DNA of 64,000 nucleotides from Nitrospirota bacterium (GCA_963703955.1 CAVPGK010000010.1:192001-256000), one strand, 5' to 3'; positions 40,691 to 51,233 are shown, numbered from the stretch's first letter. Translations and numbers: made by a program. The notes: a model not told the origin generated them from the letters alone.

Positions 40691-41497
40691 TTATCTATCC
40701 GTAAAATAAATTTCCCTAAGAGCCACGGTTTCCAACAAAGTATCTTCTGAGCCAAAAAGGGAAGATGAATTGAGATTATAAGTGTCAAGCAATTTGAGGA
40801 CATTCAGTCTCTCTTCGACGGGGATGCTAATCTTCCACAGGACGTCTTGTTCGGCATCGTTACGGGCAAACACGTCCTCGTGGCAAGCATAATTCCACGT
40901 TTTGTTTTCGTGGACCGTGCAGATGGTGTACTCGCTCTGCTGAAGAAAATGGCGTGGGTGGCCTCTCGTGTAAGGCCCTAGACTTATAATGTGTGGTTCG
41001 TCCGGCGAGCCCACCTTCCCTCCGCCCGTATATTCCCAATACACGAATATGGACACATTCTTACTATTCTCTACGACGTTTCGGAAAGCAAAGAACGCTG
41101 CGACATAAGGAGATCGAGTCCAGTCCAGCAGTGGAGAAGGGAAACCGTGGTGGCGTAGATAGACCATGTATTCGTAAGCCGGTAATCCTAGGAGCAGGAG
41201 AGAGTCCTGCTTCTTAATCTCCTCGTCGTGCTCCGGAGGGGTGGGAATGTTCCAATCTAATCCAGTGAAAGTCTCGATTTGTGGCTTTGCCGCCGAGATG
41301 ATCCTATAATACTGGCTGACGCTGAATTGTTTTTTCTTGTAGCGCTCAAGCGTAGTGGTCAAATGCCAGATATCGCTTGCTTGCCCGCGAAAGAGGAATG
41401 GCGAAACGCTCAGGGCTGTCTTAGCAGCTCGCATCTGCATGAGCCTCTCTAACTGCTCTTGGAACTCTTCCCAACTACCGACATTGACCTGTTGCAT
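40691..41497 (-). CDS. FRG domain protein
   Basis: FLFRGQ, RHHGFPSPLLDWTRSPYVAAFFA, QQSEY; more AT-rich than flanks. Confidence 0.88.
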   Translation of the reverse strand: MQQVNVGSWEEFQEQLERLMQMRAAKTALSVSPFLFRGQASDIWHLTTTLERYKKKQFSVSQYYRIISAAKPQIETFTGLDWNIPTPPEHDEEIKKQDSLLLLGLPAYEYMVYLRHHGFPSPLLDWTRSPYVAAFFAFRNVVENSKNVSIFVYWEYTGGGKVGSPDEPHIISLGPYTRGHPRHFLQQSEYTICTVHENKTWNYACHEDVFARNDAEQDVLWKISIPVEERLNVLKLLDTYNLNSSSLFGSEDTLLETVALREIYFTDR

Positions 41498-41581
41498 AAC
41501 GTAGCGCTCCTTGCTTAGCCATTCTAGCCTTTCCTTACCCTACAGTTCTCTCGGTGGCTCGGTGTTTACATAATCAATGAC

Positions 41582-41799
41582 GGGCGGGAGGGTCTGAGCC
41601 TGCATCGCGAATCACACGTAGGCTCGGGCCACCGCACGTGCCGAACAGATGCGGTCCGCTGTAGGTGGATGGCGAGGACTGTTTGAAGTTCCGTTCGAGC
41701 GGAGCTCCGAACGGAACGAGTTCCGCAGCCGAGCAGATGAGAGGCTAGTGCGGTCGAGCCGCAGTGTCTGAGCAGGGCAGGACTCCGACCGTCCCGCCC
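41582..41799. repeat. About 220-bp nested inverted-repeat element (MITE or structured RNA)
   Basis: Outer arms GGGCGGGAGGGTCTGAGCCTGC / GCAGGACTCCGACCGTCCCGCCC; middle arms GGCTCG..ACCGCAC / GTGCGGTCGAGCC; inner arms GTTCCGTTCG / CGAACGGAAC. Confidence 0.7.
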
Positions 41800-41805
41800 T
41801 CCGAA

Positions 41806-42475
41806 CTACACCGGCCACTTCTCTTCCTTCCATGCCATCTCCCAAAACATCCACTCATACCGCGAGCTGATGAGGAACGCCTCCTCCATCCGCCTTTTCT
41901 CGGCCTGCCCGGCGTCCTTCGCCCAAAGATCCACCTTGGCCCGCATCCATTTCTGTACCTCGGCAAACTCCGGCGAGGCATACAACAGAAGCCAATCGCG
42001 GTACGGGTGATCAGCCTTAGGTGCTCCGTGTTTCAGGAGGTGCTGTCCGACGACACAGTAGATCCAAGCGCAGGGTAGAGCAACAACCGTGATCTCGGCG
42101 GCAGATCCGTGTCTGCGCGACCGCCAGCATGTGGCGGGTGTACGCGAAATTTGTCGGCGCCATCGGAACGGATGTCATCTGTTCGGGCGTCATCTTCCAC
42201 CGCTTGCCGTAGCTCTCATGCAGGCCGCGCTCCGTGATGATCGTCTCCTCGACGAGTTTCGCAAAGCGCAGGGCCGATTCCGCGTCGGGCGCCTTCTGGG
42301 CACCGGCGGAGAACACTCGTGCAAGCTCTCCAAGAAAGCGGGCATCTTGCAGGATGTAGTATTTGAACTTCCGCTCGGGGAGCGTGCCCTTGCCTAACGC
42401 CACGACAAAGGGATGCCGACGCTGCGCGTTCCAAATGGAGTGGGCCTTTTTCTTGAGCTGCTCGGAAAAGGACAT
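41806..42475 (-). CDS. tenA: Thiaminase II / aminopyrimidine aminohydrolase (frameshift near 42110)
   Basis: HPFV, YILQD, YTRHM. Removing one base continues into GSAAEITVVALPCAWIY..HPYRDWL..YASPEF..YEWMFWEMAW with stop at 41806. Confidence 0.88.
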
Positions 42476-42501
42476 CGGTTCTCCTCGGCTGATGACCTAG
42501 A

Positions 42502-43488
42502 TTAGGTTCGTGGAACAAAGGCGTTCGTGAAGAGCGTGTTGACGGGCATCGGCTTCTTGATCACGCCTCGGCCGTGCAGCCAATCCCGCACGGTGGACCA
42601 TCGGCCAGATTCCTGCTTCAAGGTGGTTGGGAAATATGGCTGAGTGGCCTGAAATGTTTTGGCCGAGAGGGTGGGGTCCGCCATCCCGTTCGCCTTTATA
42701 TAGAGGCCAAGCGCCTCGTCAGGATGTTCGTAAGTAAAGGTAAAGCCACGAGCCAGGGCCCGGGTGAATCCACGGACGATCTGCGGATTCCGCTTCACCA
42801 TGGACTCCGAGGTCATGACGACCAATTGATAGAGATCGGGGACGTTATACTGGGTCGGACTCACGAATTCCACTGAGGCGCCCCGCAGTTCGGCTTCCAC
42901 CTGCTCATAATTCACGAAGGCTCCGAACACCGCATCGGCCTTCCCGGTCAGCAGCGCGTCCGTCAACCCGAATCCGACATCCACCGGCAAAATCTCGTCA
43001 TGCGTGAGACCGGCCGCCTCCAGCATGGTTCCCAGAATGGGGAGATCGATTTCTAATCCGGGCCAGCCCACCCGCCGATGGCGGAGATCCTCCAGGCGCC
43101 TGACCGGACCTTCCTTGAGATACATGAGGCACACCACGGTATGCGCGAGCAGGGGAGCGATCGAGATCAGCGGCTGGCCTTGATCTCGCGCTTTAATGAG
43201 ATTCGTTTGCTCGCCGACCCCAAAATCGGCTTTGCCGTGGGCGACCAGATCCAGTGACTCTTCCGGTACAGTCGGAACGAGAATAGAGAGATCCAAACCT
43301 TCTTCGCGAAAGAACCCGTGTTCCTTGGCTACGACGAACGGGAGGTGGTCAGGGTTCAGAAACCACTCTAAGGCCAACGTCACCATAGTACGCTGTGACG
43401 AGGAGGCTTCAGTCGCGGGAGGCCGCGTGTGTCGACGCCGCGATGTGGGTGAACGAGAGGACGATTTCGAAGAGGACTTCTTCAGCAT
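42502..43488 (-). CDS. NMT1/ThiY-like pyrimidine-precursor binding protein
   Basis: LALEWFLNPDHLP..A...GFF.EEGL, G.ADF, NYE; directly upstream of tenA. Confidence 0.8.
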   Translation of the reverse strand: MLKKSSSKSSSRSPTSRRRHTRPPATEASSSQRTMVTLALEWFLNPDHLPFVVAKEHGFFREEGLDLSILVPTVPEESLDLVAHGKADFGVGEQTNLIKARDQGQPLISIAPLLAHTVVCLMYLKEGPVRRLEDLRHRRVGWPGLEIDLPILGTMLEAAGLTHDEILPVDVGFGLTDALLTGKADAVFGAFVNYEQVEAELRGASVEFVSPTQYNVPDLYQLVVMTSESMVKRNPQIVRGFTRALARGFTFTYEHPDEALGLYIKANGMADPTLSAKTFQATQPYFPTTLKQESGRWSTVRDWLHGRGVIKKPMPVNTLFTNAFVPRT

Positions 43489-43515
43489 GCTGTAGCGTGG
43501 ACCGGTTCGGCGTTC

Positions 43516-44943
43516 CTAGACGGCCCCTGATTTGTTGGCAAGGTTTTCCGGCAGCCAGGGTCGCGGGAGACGATTAAGTCCCGCCAATGCCGCCACCATG
43601 TAACATTCTGCGAGAGTCGGATAGTTGAAGACGTTTTCTACGAAATAGTCGATCTTGCCCCCGTGCGCCATGACCGCCTGACCGATATGAATCAGCTCCG
43701 TGGCGCCTTCACCTATGGCGTGCACGCCCAGCAAGTCGCGTGTTTTATTGTGAAAAATCAGCTTTAACATGCCGATGTCGTCACCGATCAATTTGCCACG
43801 CGCAATTTCGCGGTACCGAGCAATGCCAATCTCATACGGCACCCCATCATGGATGAGATCCTTTTCTGTCGGACCCACCATCGAGATTTCCGGAATGGTG
43901 TAGATGCCGAAAGGCAGAAGTTGGGTATGCGCATCGCTCGGTAGGCCGAAGGCATGACAGGCCGCGAGGCGGCCTTGCTGCATGGAGGTGGAAGCCAACG
44001 CCGGAAAGCCGATGATGTCCCCGGCGGCATAGACATGAGTAACCTCGGTCTGAAAATGCGCATTCACGTGTAGACGACCGCGCTCATCGGGTTTGATCCC
44101 AATCGCTTCCAAGTTCAGCTCCTCGCTTGCGCCCATCCGTCCGGCTGAATACATCAACGTTGACGCGTGGATTTGCTTGCCGCTCTTTAGCAGGACACCG
44201 ATGTCATCACTAGAGAGCCTCTTGATCTCAATGACCTCTTCATTGAGGTGCAGAGTCACGCCGATCTCGCGCATCTGGTGCTCGAGTGCTTGGATGATTT
44301 CGGTGTCTAGAAATTCCAAGATGCCAGGTCGCCGGTCAACCAAGATAACTCCGATTCCCATCGTGGCCACGATGGAAGCGTATTCGGATCCAATGACGCC
44401 GGCGCCGACAATGATGAGAGACCTGGGAAGCCGTTTCAACGTCAAGAGTTCATCGGTATCGATGACTGTTTCGCCGTCGAACGGGACTTCGGGCGGGCGT
44501 GCCGGTTTCGACCCGACGGCGATGACGACGTAGTCGGCCGTGTGCTCGATGGTCTTGTCGTGTTGCTTGATGGCGAGCCGGTGCGGGTCGAGGAAACTCG
44601 CGGTTCCGAAGATGAGGTCGATCTTATTCCGGGCCATCTGGTCCTGGATGATCTGGATTTCTTCGGTGATGATGTGATTGCAGCGGTAGGACAGATCCTC
44701 CATGGTGATATCTTTCTTCACCCGGTAGGTCGACCCGTAGAGGCTGCGTTGGTGGAAACCCGAGAGGAACAGGACGGCTTCGCGCAAGGATTTGCTCGGA
44801 ATTGTGCCCGAATTGATGCACACGCCGCCGACCACCTCCTTGCGCTCGATGATTCCGACCCTTTTCCCGAGCTTGGCCGACTGCACCGCCGCCTTCTGTC
44901 CGGCGGGGCCTGTGCCGATGACGAGCATGTCGTAGTGTGCCAT
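43516..44943 (-). CDS. sthA: Soluble pyridine nucleotide transhydrogenase
   Basis: GTGPAGQKAA, GGVCINSGTIPSKSLRE (single Cys), GFPALASTSMQQGR, FNYPTLAE. Confidence 0.93.
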   Translation of the reverse strand: MAHYDMLVIGTGPAGQKAAVQSAKLGKRVGIIERKEVVGGVCINSGTIPSKSLREAVLFLSGFHQRSLYGSTYRVKKDITMEDLSYRCNHIITEEIQIIQDQMARNKIDLIFGTASFLDPHRLAIKQHDKTIEHTADYVVIAVGSKPARPPEVPFDGETVIDTDELLTLKRLPRSLIIVGAGVIGSEYASIVATMGIGVILVDRRPGILEFLDTEIIQALEHQMREIGVTLHLNEEVIEIKRLSSDDIGVLLKSGKQIHASTLMYSAGRMGASEELNLEAIGIKPDERGRLHVNAHFQTEVTHVYAAGDIIGFPALASTSMQQGRLAACHAFGLPSDAHTQLLPFGIYTIPEISMVGPTEKDLIHDGVPYEIGIARYREIARGKLIGDDIGMLKLIFHNKTRDLLGVHAIGEGATELIHIGQAVMAHGGKIDYFVENVFNYPTLAECYMVAALAGLNRLPRPWLPENLANKSGAV

Positions 44944-45071
44944 CTCTTTATAGCGAGTTTTAGGTTGAGGCTGAGGCTAGGCTCCTATAACAATACACCA
45001 TCTGAGCAAAGGAGCGGTTCAGACTCCGTGTGCTGGGTACTGTACCGTGAGCACAGATTAGAGGAGAGCGA

Positions 45072-45755
45072 ATGAAGCAAGCCATAAAAGCTCTCATCTT
45101 CGATTTCGATGGAGTGCTGGCGAATACAGAGCCATTACACTTTCGAGCGTTCGAACGAATTTTGAGCGGAGAAGGTATTGCTTTGTCACCGGACACCTAC
45201 GCAGAGAGATATGTCGGGTTAACGGATGCAGAGTGCTTTAAGGCAGTATTCATGGCGCACGCCAAGCCCCTATCAGCGCCGGTTCTCCGCACACTGGTCC
45301 AACGAAAAACTCTGCTTATGCAGGAGGCTATAGCAACGGAGGATGTCCTGATTCCAGGCGTGGCCGATCTTGTCAGATGTCTTGTCGATCTTTATCGGCT
45401 CGCCATCGCGTCTGGCGCCTTGCGCGAGGAAATCCGGTTGGCCCTTAAGCTGGCCGGACTGCTTGAGGCATTTGAACACATTGCGGCAGCCCAAGATGTC
45501 AAAAAAGGGAAGCCTGCTCCCGACCTGTACCTCCTGGCATTGCATCGCTTGAACATGACATCGCCAATTATCTCGTCGGAATGCCTGGCCATTGAAGATA
45601 CGCCTCATGGCATTCAGGCCGCACATGCGGCCGGTATGCGTTGCCTCGCCGTCACGACGACATTGAACGCGGAACGCCTTCGTCTTGCCGATGAAGTGAC
45701 AGCATCTCTCCAAAAGACCGATTTCTCCCAAATTCTCAGACGGTTGTCGAACTGA
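45072..45755 (+). CDS. HAD family phosphatase (beta-PGM-like)
   Basis: FDFDGVLANTE, KPAPD, IEDTPHGIQAA. Confidence 0.9.
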   Translation: MKQAIKALIFDFDGVLANTEPLHFRAFERILSGEGIALSPDTYAERYVGLTDAECFKAVFMAHAKPLSAPVLRTLVQRKTLLMQEAIATEDVLIPGVADLVRCLVDLYRLAIASGALREEIRLALKLAGLLEAFEHIAAAQDVKKGKPAPDLYLLALHRLNMTSPIISSECLAIEDTPHGIQAAHAAGMRCLAVTTTLNAERLRLADEVTASLQKTDFSQILRRLSN

Positions 45756-45859
45756 CGGAACAGGCGATGGGCAAATCTTTAACACAATGGTAGCAAAGCA
45801 TAAACGTATTTTTAACACTAATCATCTAACATGTCCTGAAGAGGGATTAACTCGATCGT

Positions 45860-48269
45860 ATGTCCCGAAGCGGTTCTCCAACCTCAGCTCTCTTCCCGAA
45901 GAACGGATCCGGCCAGCTGGCTCTAGATGCGCAACGCATATTCTCGGAGCTGAACCTCGATTCAATTCCTTTTTCGGCTCATGATATCACGGCCGGCTCA
46001 GAGAACGAACTGCAGGCCGCAGTTGCGGGTCATACCGACCATGTCGACCTCCCCATCGTTATCGAATCCTCGAACTACATGAAGAATATTCTAAGACGCG
46101 CTGCGACCGGCGAAAGCCCTAAGCAGCTCATCGCCAACCTTGAAGCTTATCTGCGTTCCCATGCGTCGAATGTGTGGGAAAACTCCTGGGTCCGGTTACC
46201 TGTTTCAACACTGACGCCTTTTGCACTCAATCTCTTGCGCCGTGACATGACCGAGGATAAACGCGACGCCTGTGGCGCTCCACGCAAAGACGTATCGCGG
46301 TTTTTTTTCCCAACAAAGGCAAGATTGGCTGCGAGTGCCAGTCAGCTACCTGCTGAAACTCGCCCTGGCGCAGGCCATTAGCGATGAGGGTGCGGCTCAC
46401 CCGCTCCTCATGAAGGCGGGCGAGCGCTTCTTGGCGCACTTCCTCAATGATAATAGCTCGCCGGAAACGTTTTCCTTCTACGTCATACCTTTGACTCCTG
46501 AGACCGGCATGGGGCGGGCTGTTGCGAAAGAAATGGCGCAGCGGTTCTTGCTGACTCAGCTTCTTGTTATGTACGCGAACGTCCGTTTCGGGTTGAAGGA
46601 TTCCGGCCAGCGCGCTCTGATCTATTTCGCGCCACATCCACCAATTCGACAGAAGGAGCTCAATTCGCTGATTTCCGACTCCTTCTATCGGGAGCTGTTC
46701 ATGAACCCATGCTTGTCAGGGTGGGATCGTGGTGAGGACAAGTTCCGCTACATGCACCTCTGCCATCAGATGCTGTCCCGGAGCCAGCTCAACGCCGTGA
46801 TCAAGCTCAGAGATGCCGGTATCATCACGCGAAATCTGGTTGTACTTCCGTCTACGTCCAATACCAGTTTGGCCAACAACGGCACGCACCTGAGCTTGGG
46901 CAGCCGAACGCTGACGAGGCTACTGCAAGACTGCTCGCCCGCCTTCACTGAGCAACATGAGAAATATGTGGGCGATCTCGTCATCAAGATCGCAGAGCAT
47001 TTCTTTCCTCTCTTTGTCGGGACCTATAGCGCGGCACCGTATCGGCTGGATTTCTGGGATTTCCATCCAGAAAAAGCGCTCGGGTTTCTTCCTCATGAGC
47101 TGGAGGACACACATCTACGGATGCTCTGGCGTCGGTGGAAAAAGAAGGCCGGTCTCAGTGTCTTCGGACATCCGATCACGCCGCTGGGCCCGCTTTGGCT
47201 GGATAAGGCCACGAGTGCCATCTTTCGGTTGAAAGGCGATTTTGTTCCGGACTTTCGCTTGATCGATTATCTGGTGGCGTTGCTGAGCACAAGTGAAAGC
47301 CCCGCGCACGACGGTAGGCTTGGGAACGATCAGCGGTTGAAGCGCGACCTCGCCCAGCTCGGCGTCTTCGACGAATCAATGTCGCTGTACCTCCTCTACA
47401 AGCTTCGCAGCTATGCAGCCATGGGTTTTTCGGGATTCGAGGGCCGCCAATACAGTCTCTTTGAGAGCCTGGTCGACGATATGGGGGATGCTGCGAGTTT
47501 GCAGGCTCTCGTGACCGCGCTCGCCTTCAAATATGTCGTAGAAGGAATTATCCGACACACGGATATTCCCGATGATCCTCTCACGGAGAGCGAACGCCGG
47601 CAGATGATATTCGGGACTGCGATCGGAATCCCGACCTGCAATGTGCGACATAACAGCCCTAATTCATTCCTGATGAAAATTCTCTCGAAGACTCAGAAGA
47701 CGCGGCTGAGCCGGCGGTACGCCGATCACCTGCGTGTCCGACTGTCTGATTATCAATGGGCCCTTTTAGTCACACTCGAGGAAGATGGGGTGGACATCAT
47801 CGAGCAATTCGGCCTGCGGGAGGTTATCAATCGGCTGAGAGAACGGCTTCTGAATTCCGAGCACCACGGGGTGGCCGGGAAATTGACCGCTGGCATTTTG
47901 AGGGAAGCCGGAGCGCGCTCAGCGATGAGCCTATCAGGGGACGAATTCAACGTCGCAGCCGAATCCTATTATCGGGAAACGTTACGTCTGCGTCACCTCA
48001 TCGAAGCGTTTGAAGTCCTCGAAAACGGTGTCGGCCAAATTGATACGGCGAAGAGCAGTACTGACGAACAGTACCGCCGAGCGATGACGACCGTGCTTGG
48101 ACCGAAGAGCGGCACCCAGTTTCTTCAAGAGGCCAAGGAAGAGCTCATCCGGGAGGACGCAGACTCCCGCACATTGCAGCTATGCATCTACCTAACGTTG
48201 CTCATCATCTGCCGAGATCGGGAAATCGCCGTGGCGGCGATGGCAGAGGCAGAGCGGGACTCGACGTGA
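45860..48269 (+). CDS. About 800-aa uncharacterised protein with carboxylate-amine ligase (GCS/PafA-fold)-like motifs; split at the T8 run 46301-46308
   Basis: T8 to T7 joins ORFs 45860-46381 and 46272-48269. Candidate motifs TAGSENEL, NNGTHLSLG, GFEGR. Confidence 0.6.
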
Positions 48270-49303
48270 AGCATCAATATGTTGACCGGGAAACCTCCAC
48301 CGTCCATACCGAACGGCTGTACGGAGACCGGTTTCTCACGTGGGCCTATCAGACTCCATGGGAAGACGCCGCGTGGTTTTGCAAGGCGTTGACGTCTTCC
48401 CGAACTTCCCAAATGTTGAGCTTCTTCAACTATGACGTCGAGTTCGTGGCCGCGTTAGCCGGGGTCCATCGTTTTATCAAGTCTCTCGGAGTGGATCCTA
48501 CCGAATGTCTAGAGGCCCCCGGGACGCTTAATACTCCTCGAAAGGTGTTCGAACGCAAATTGCGTTATTGGGAAGTTCGCCCGATGGATGAGGAGAGAGC
48601 GGCCATTGTCTCTCCATGTGATGCCCGGATGCTGGTCGGTTCGTTTGCCAAAACCTCGGCGCTCTTCCTGAAAGGAAAATTCTTCGAATTGAAAGAACTC
48701 TTTGGAATGGAACGTTCTACATGGTGGGCCGACTTTGAGGCTGGCGACTTCGCGATCTTCAGACTCACGCCCGACAAGTACCACTATAATCATCTTCCGG
48801 TTGGCGGTGTGGTCGTCGACAGGTTCGATATCCATGGCAGGTATCACTCGTGTAATCCTTCTGCCGTAGTCGTCGCATCGCCATATTCAAAGAATACGCG
48901 CGTGGTGACGATTTTGGACACTGATGTCGCAGGCGGCAGCCAGGTAGGACTGGTCGCCATGATCGAGGTTGTTGCGCTCATGATCGGCCGAATTGACCAA
49001 TGCTACTGTGAATCCCGATACGACCATCCGCGCAACATTTCAAAGGGAATGTTGCTTCGCAAAGGCCAACCGAAGAGCTTGTACCGACCCGGCAGCTCCA
49101 CAACAGTCGTTGTGTTCCAGGCGGGACGGGTGTGCTTCTGTGAAGATATTGTCTGCAATCTGTCGCGCCCGTGCGTCGCCAGCCGCTTCTCGGAAGGATT
49201 CGGACGTCCGTTGGTCGAAACAGATGTAAAGGTCCGCTCAACGATTGCGTACCGGCGACAAGATCCAACCCGGCATTCTTTGGGGGTCGCCTATGGTGAA
49301 TGA
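48266..49303 (+). CDS. Phosphatidylserine decarboxylase-like proenzyme
   Basis: GTG start overlaps the upstream TGA; FERKL, VSPCDAR, FRLTPDKYHYNH.P, variant cleavage motif PGSST. Confidence 0.85.
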   Translation: MKHQYVDRETSTVHTERLYGDRFLTWAYQTPWEDAAWFCKALTSSRTSQMLSFFNYDVEFVAALAGVHRFIKSLGVDPTECLEAPGTLNTPRKVFERKLRYWEVRPMDEERAAIVSPCDARMLVGSFAKTSALFLKGKFFELKELFGMERSTWWADFEAGDFAIFRLTPDKYHYNHLPVGGVVVDRFDIHGRYHSCNPSAVVVASPYSKNTRVVTILDTDVAGGSQVGLVAMIEVVALMIGRIDQCYCESRYDHPRNISKGMLLRKGQPKSLYRPGSSTTVVVFQAGRVCFCEDIVCNLSRPCVASRFSEGFGRPLVETDVKVRSTIAYRRQDPTRHSLGVAYGE

Positions 49304-50345
49304 AGTGTTTCTTCTGAGCCTTGTGATTTGCTACGCCATACTGTTTTCTTGGGCGTTTCGAACGCTGCCACAAGAGGATTGGCAATTTCTCGCCTCCCTC
49401 CCGAAGCGCAAGACTAACCTCGGAACCTGGAGCGGCCTCAATCTCACATACTATGGTTTCTTGACCGCCATGGCGGTGACGATCGCTGTCGCGTTGGCTA
49501 TTGTGCTCATGGGTTCACTCTCTTTGCCGCTGATCAGCATCACAGTGCTTGTCGTTGCGCTCCTCGCCCTAACGGTTCCCGCCGCCAAACTGATTGCCCA
49601 GGCGATTGAGGACAAGATGAATACGTTTACGATCGGCGGCGCATCCTTTGTCGGGCTTATCGCGGCACCGTGGGTGATCACACTGATCAATTCCACCCTT
49701 GCACCCCGGATGGGATTCGAATTGCCGATGTTCGGGACACTGGCTCTCCTCGCGGTCGCATACGCGTTGGGTGAAGGAACCGGACGTCTCGCTTGCATCA
49801 GTTTTGGGTGCTGCTACGGCAAACCCGTCTCGGTCGTCCCGGCATGGTGGGGCTATTTCTTTCGCTTTCGCTATTTCGCCTTCATCGGGCAGACCAAGAA
49901 GGTCGCGTACGAAGGCGGTCTGGAATCCGTTCCTGTCATCCCAGTCCAAGCCATAACAGCCGTCCTCTACGTGGGAAGCGGGCTGCTGGGCCTAGCCCTG
50001 TTTCTCGGGGGACAGGCTCTGGCGGCCTTCATGATCACAGTCCTTATCACACAGGCGTGGCGAGCCCTTTCCGAATTGCTGCGGGCAGATTATCGCGGGC
50101 GGAGCGGGCTTTCGGCCTATCAAACCATGGCAGTGATCGGGTGCTTCTACGCGCTGATCCTTATCGTCCTGTTACCCAATGAACCAAGGAGACTCCCTGA
50201 TATTGTCAGAGGTCTGACATTGCTTTGGCACCCCGCCGTCATACTGTTCCTTCAAGCCTTATGGCTGATGATCTTCCTCTACACAGGGCGTAGCAGAGTC
50301 ACTGCCTCAACAATCTCCTTTTCCATCCTTAAAGATCGTATTTGA
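49293..50345 (+). CDS. Divergent prolipoprotein diacylglyceryl transferase (Lgt)-like membrane protein
   Basis: Multi-TM; YYG, GRLACISFGCCYGKP, PVQ, ELLRAD. Confidence 0.7.
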   Translation: MVNEVFLLSLVICYAILFSWAFRTLPQEDWQFLASLPKRKTNLGTWSGLNLTYYGFLTAMAVTIAVALAIVLMGSLSLPLISITVLVVALLALTVPAAKLIAQAIEDKMNTFTIGGASFVGLIAAPWVITLINSTLAPRMGFELPMFGTLALLAVAYALGEGTGRLACISFGCCYGKPVSVVPAWWGYFFRFRYFAFIGQTKKVAYEGGLESVPVIPVQAITAVLYVGSGLLGLALFLGGQALAAFMITVLITQAWRALSELLRADYRGRSGLSAYQTMAVIGCFYALILIVLLPNEPRRLPDIVRGLTLLWHPAVILFLQALWLMIFLYTGRSRVTASTISFSILKDRI

Positions 50346-50346
50346 G

Positions 50347-51111
50347 ATGATGTTCTGGTATGCGATCTCCGCCTTGGCTATCGCTGCGGGATTTGCTTCT
50401 CTCAGCCCCACTCCGGCCGTAGCTTTGAATAATCATGACTCTATTCCGGCGACCTACCCTCAATCGCTGGAGCGGGATCTCAAGATCTTGCTTGATGCCG
50501 CCCGCTCCGGTCGACAGGATAGCGATCTGTTGGCGAGGCTTGCAGAGGTCTATCTCGATCTCGGGGATGACCTGTATGACGACGAAAAAAAACGGCATCA
50601 TGCCTATGAGGAGGGAAGCCGTGCCGCTCGTCGCGCGCTTGAAATTGACGACAGGAACGCAGATGCGCATTTTCTCTTCGCGGCAAACTTGGGAAGCGCG
50701 ACACGCTTGAAAGGTCTGCCCTCTGCCGCCTGGACCCTGAAGGACATCAAGAACCACCTCGAACGAGCCATCGAATTAAGACCTGATCACGCCCCCGCGC
50801 TACAGATGATGGGAGGACTGTTGGCCGAACTTCCGTGGCTGGTCGGCGGTGATTCGCGGGCGGCTCAGCGCTATCTTGAACGGGCGATCGCCGTCGATGC
50901 GAACTACACCAATGCGCGCCTTCTGCTGGCCAAACTGTATGTCAAGCAGAACAGGCTCGACGAGGCGCGTCAGGAGCTCGAGGCAGTCATTCGCACCGCC
51001 GATCCTCACTACCGTTACGCGTGGGCAAACAAATTCAAACCCGAAGCGGAACGGCTTCTGAAAACCCTACAGGAAAAATCAGACAGAGAACGAAGAAGAC
51101 GGCCCGGCTGA
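50347..51111 (+). CDS. Exported TPR-repeat protein
   Basis: Signal peptide; helical repeats (ARRALEID, LERAIEL, LERAIAVD); ELPWLVGGD. Confidence 0.8.
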   Translation: MMFWYAISALAIAAGFASLSPTPAVALNNHDSIPATYPQSLERDLKILLDAARSGRQDSDLLARLAEVYLDLGDDLYDDEKKRHHAYEEGSRAARRALEIDDRNADAHFLFAANLGSATRLKGLPSAAWTLKDIKNHLERAIELRPDHAPALQMMGGLLAELPWLVGGDSRAAQRYLERAIAVDANYTNARLLLAKLYVKQNRLDEARQELEAVIRTADPHYRYAWANKFKPEAERLLKTLQEKSDRERRRRPG

Positions 51112-51233
51112 TCGGTGGTTGCCCCAGCTCCGACTATCTGTCGGTGTTCCAATCCTGAGTTAACACGAAATTCAACCCAATGGTTTCGTCGATAGGATTG
51201 TAGCGAAACCGCCGTCGATCAGATGAGAGTGAT

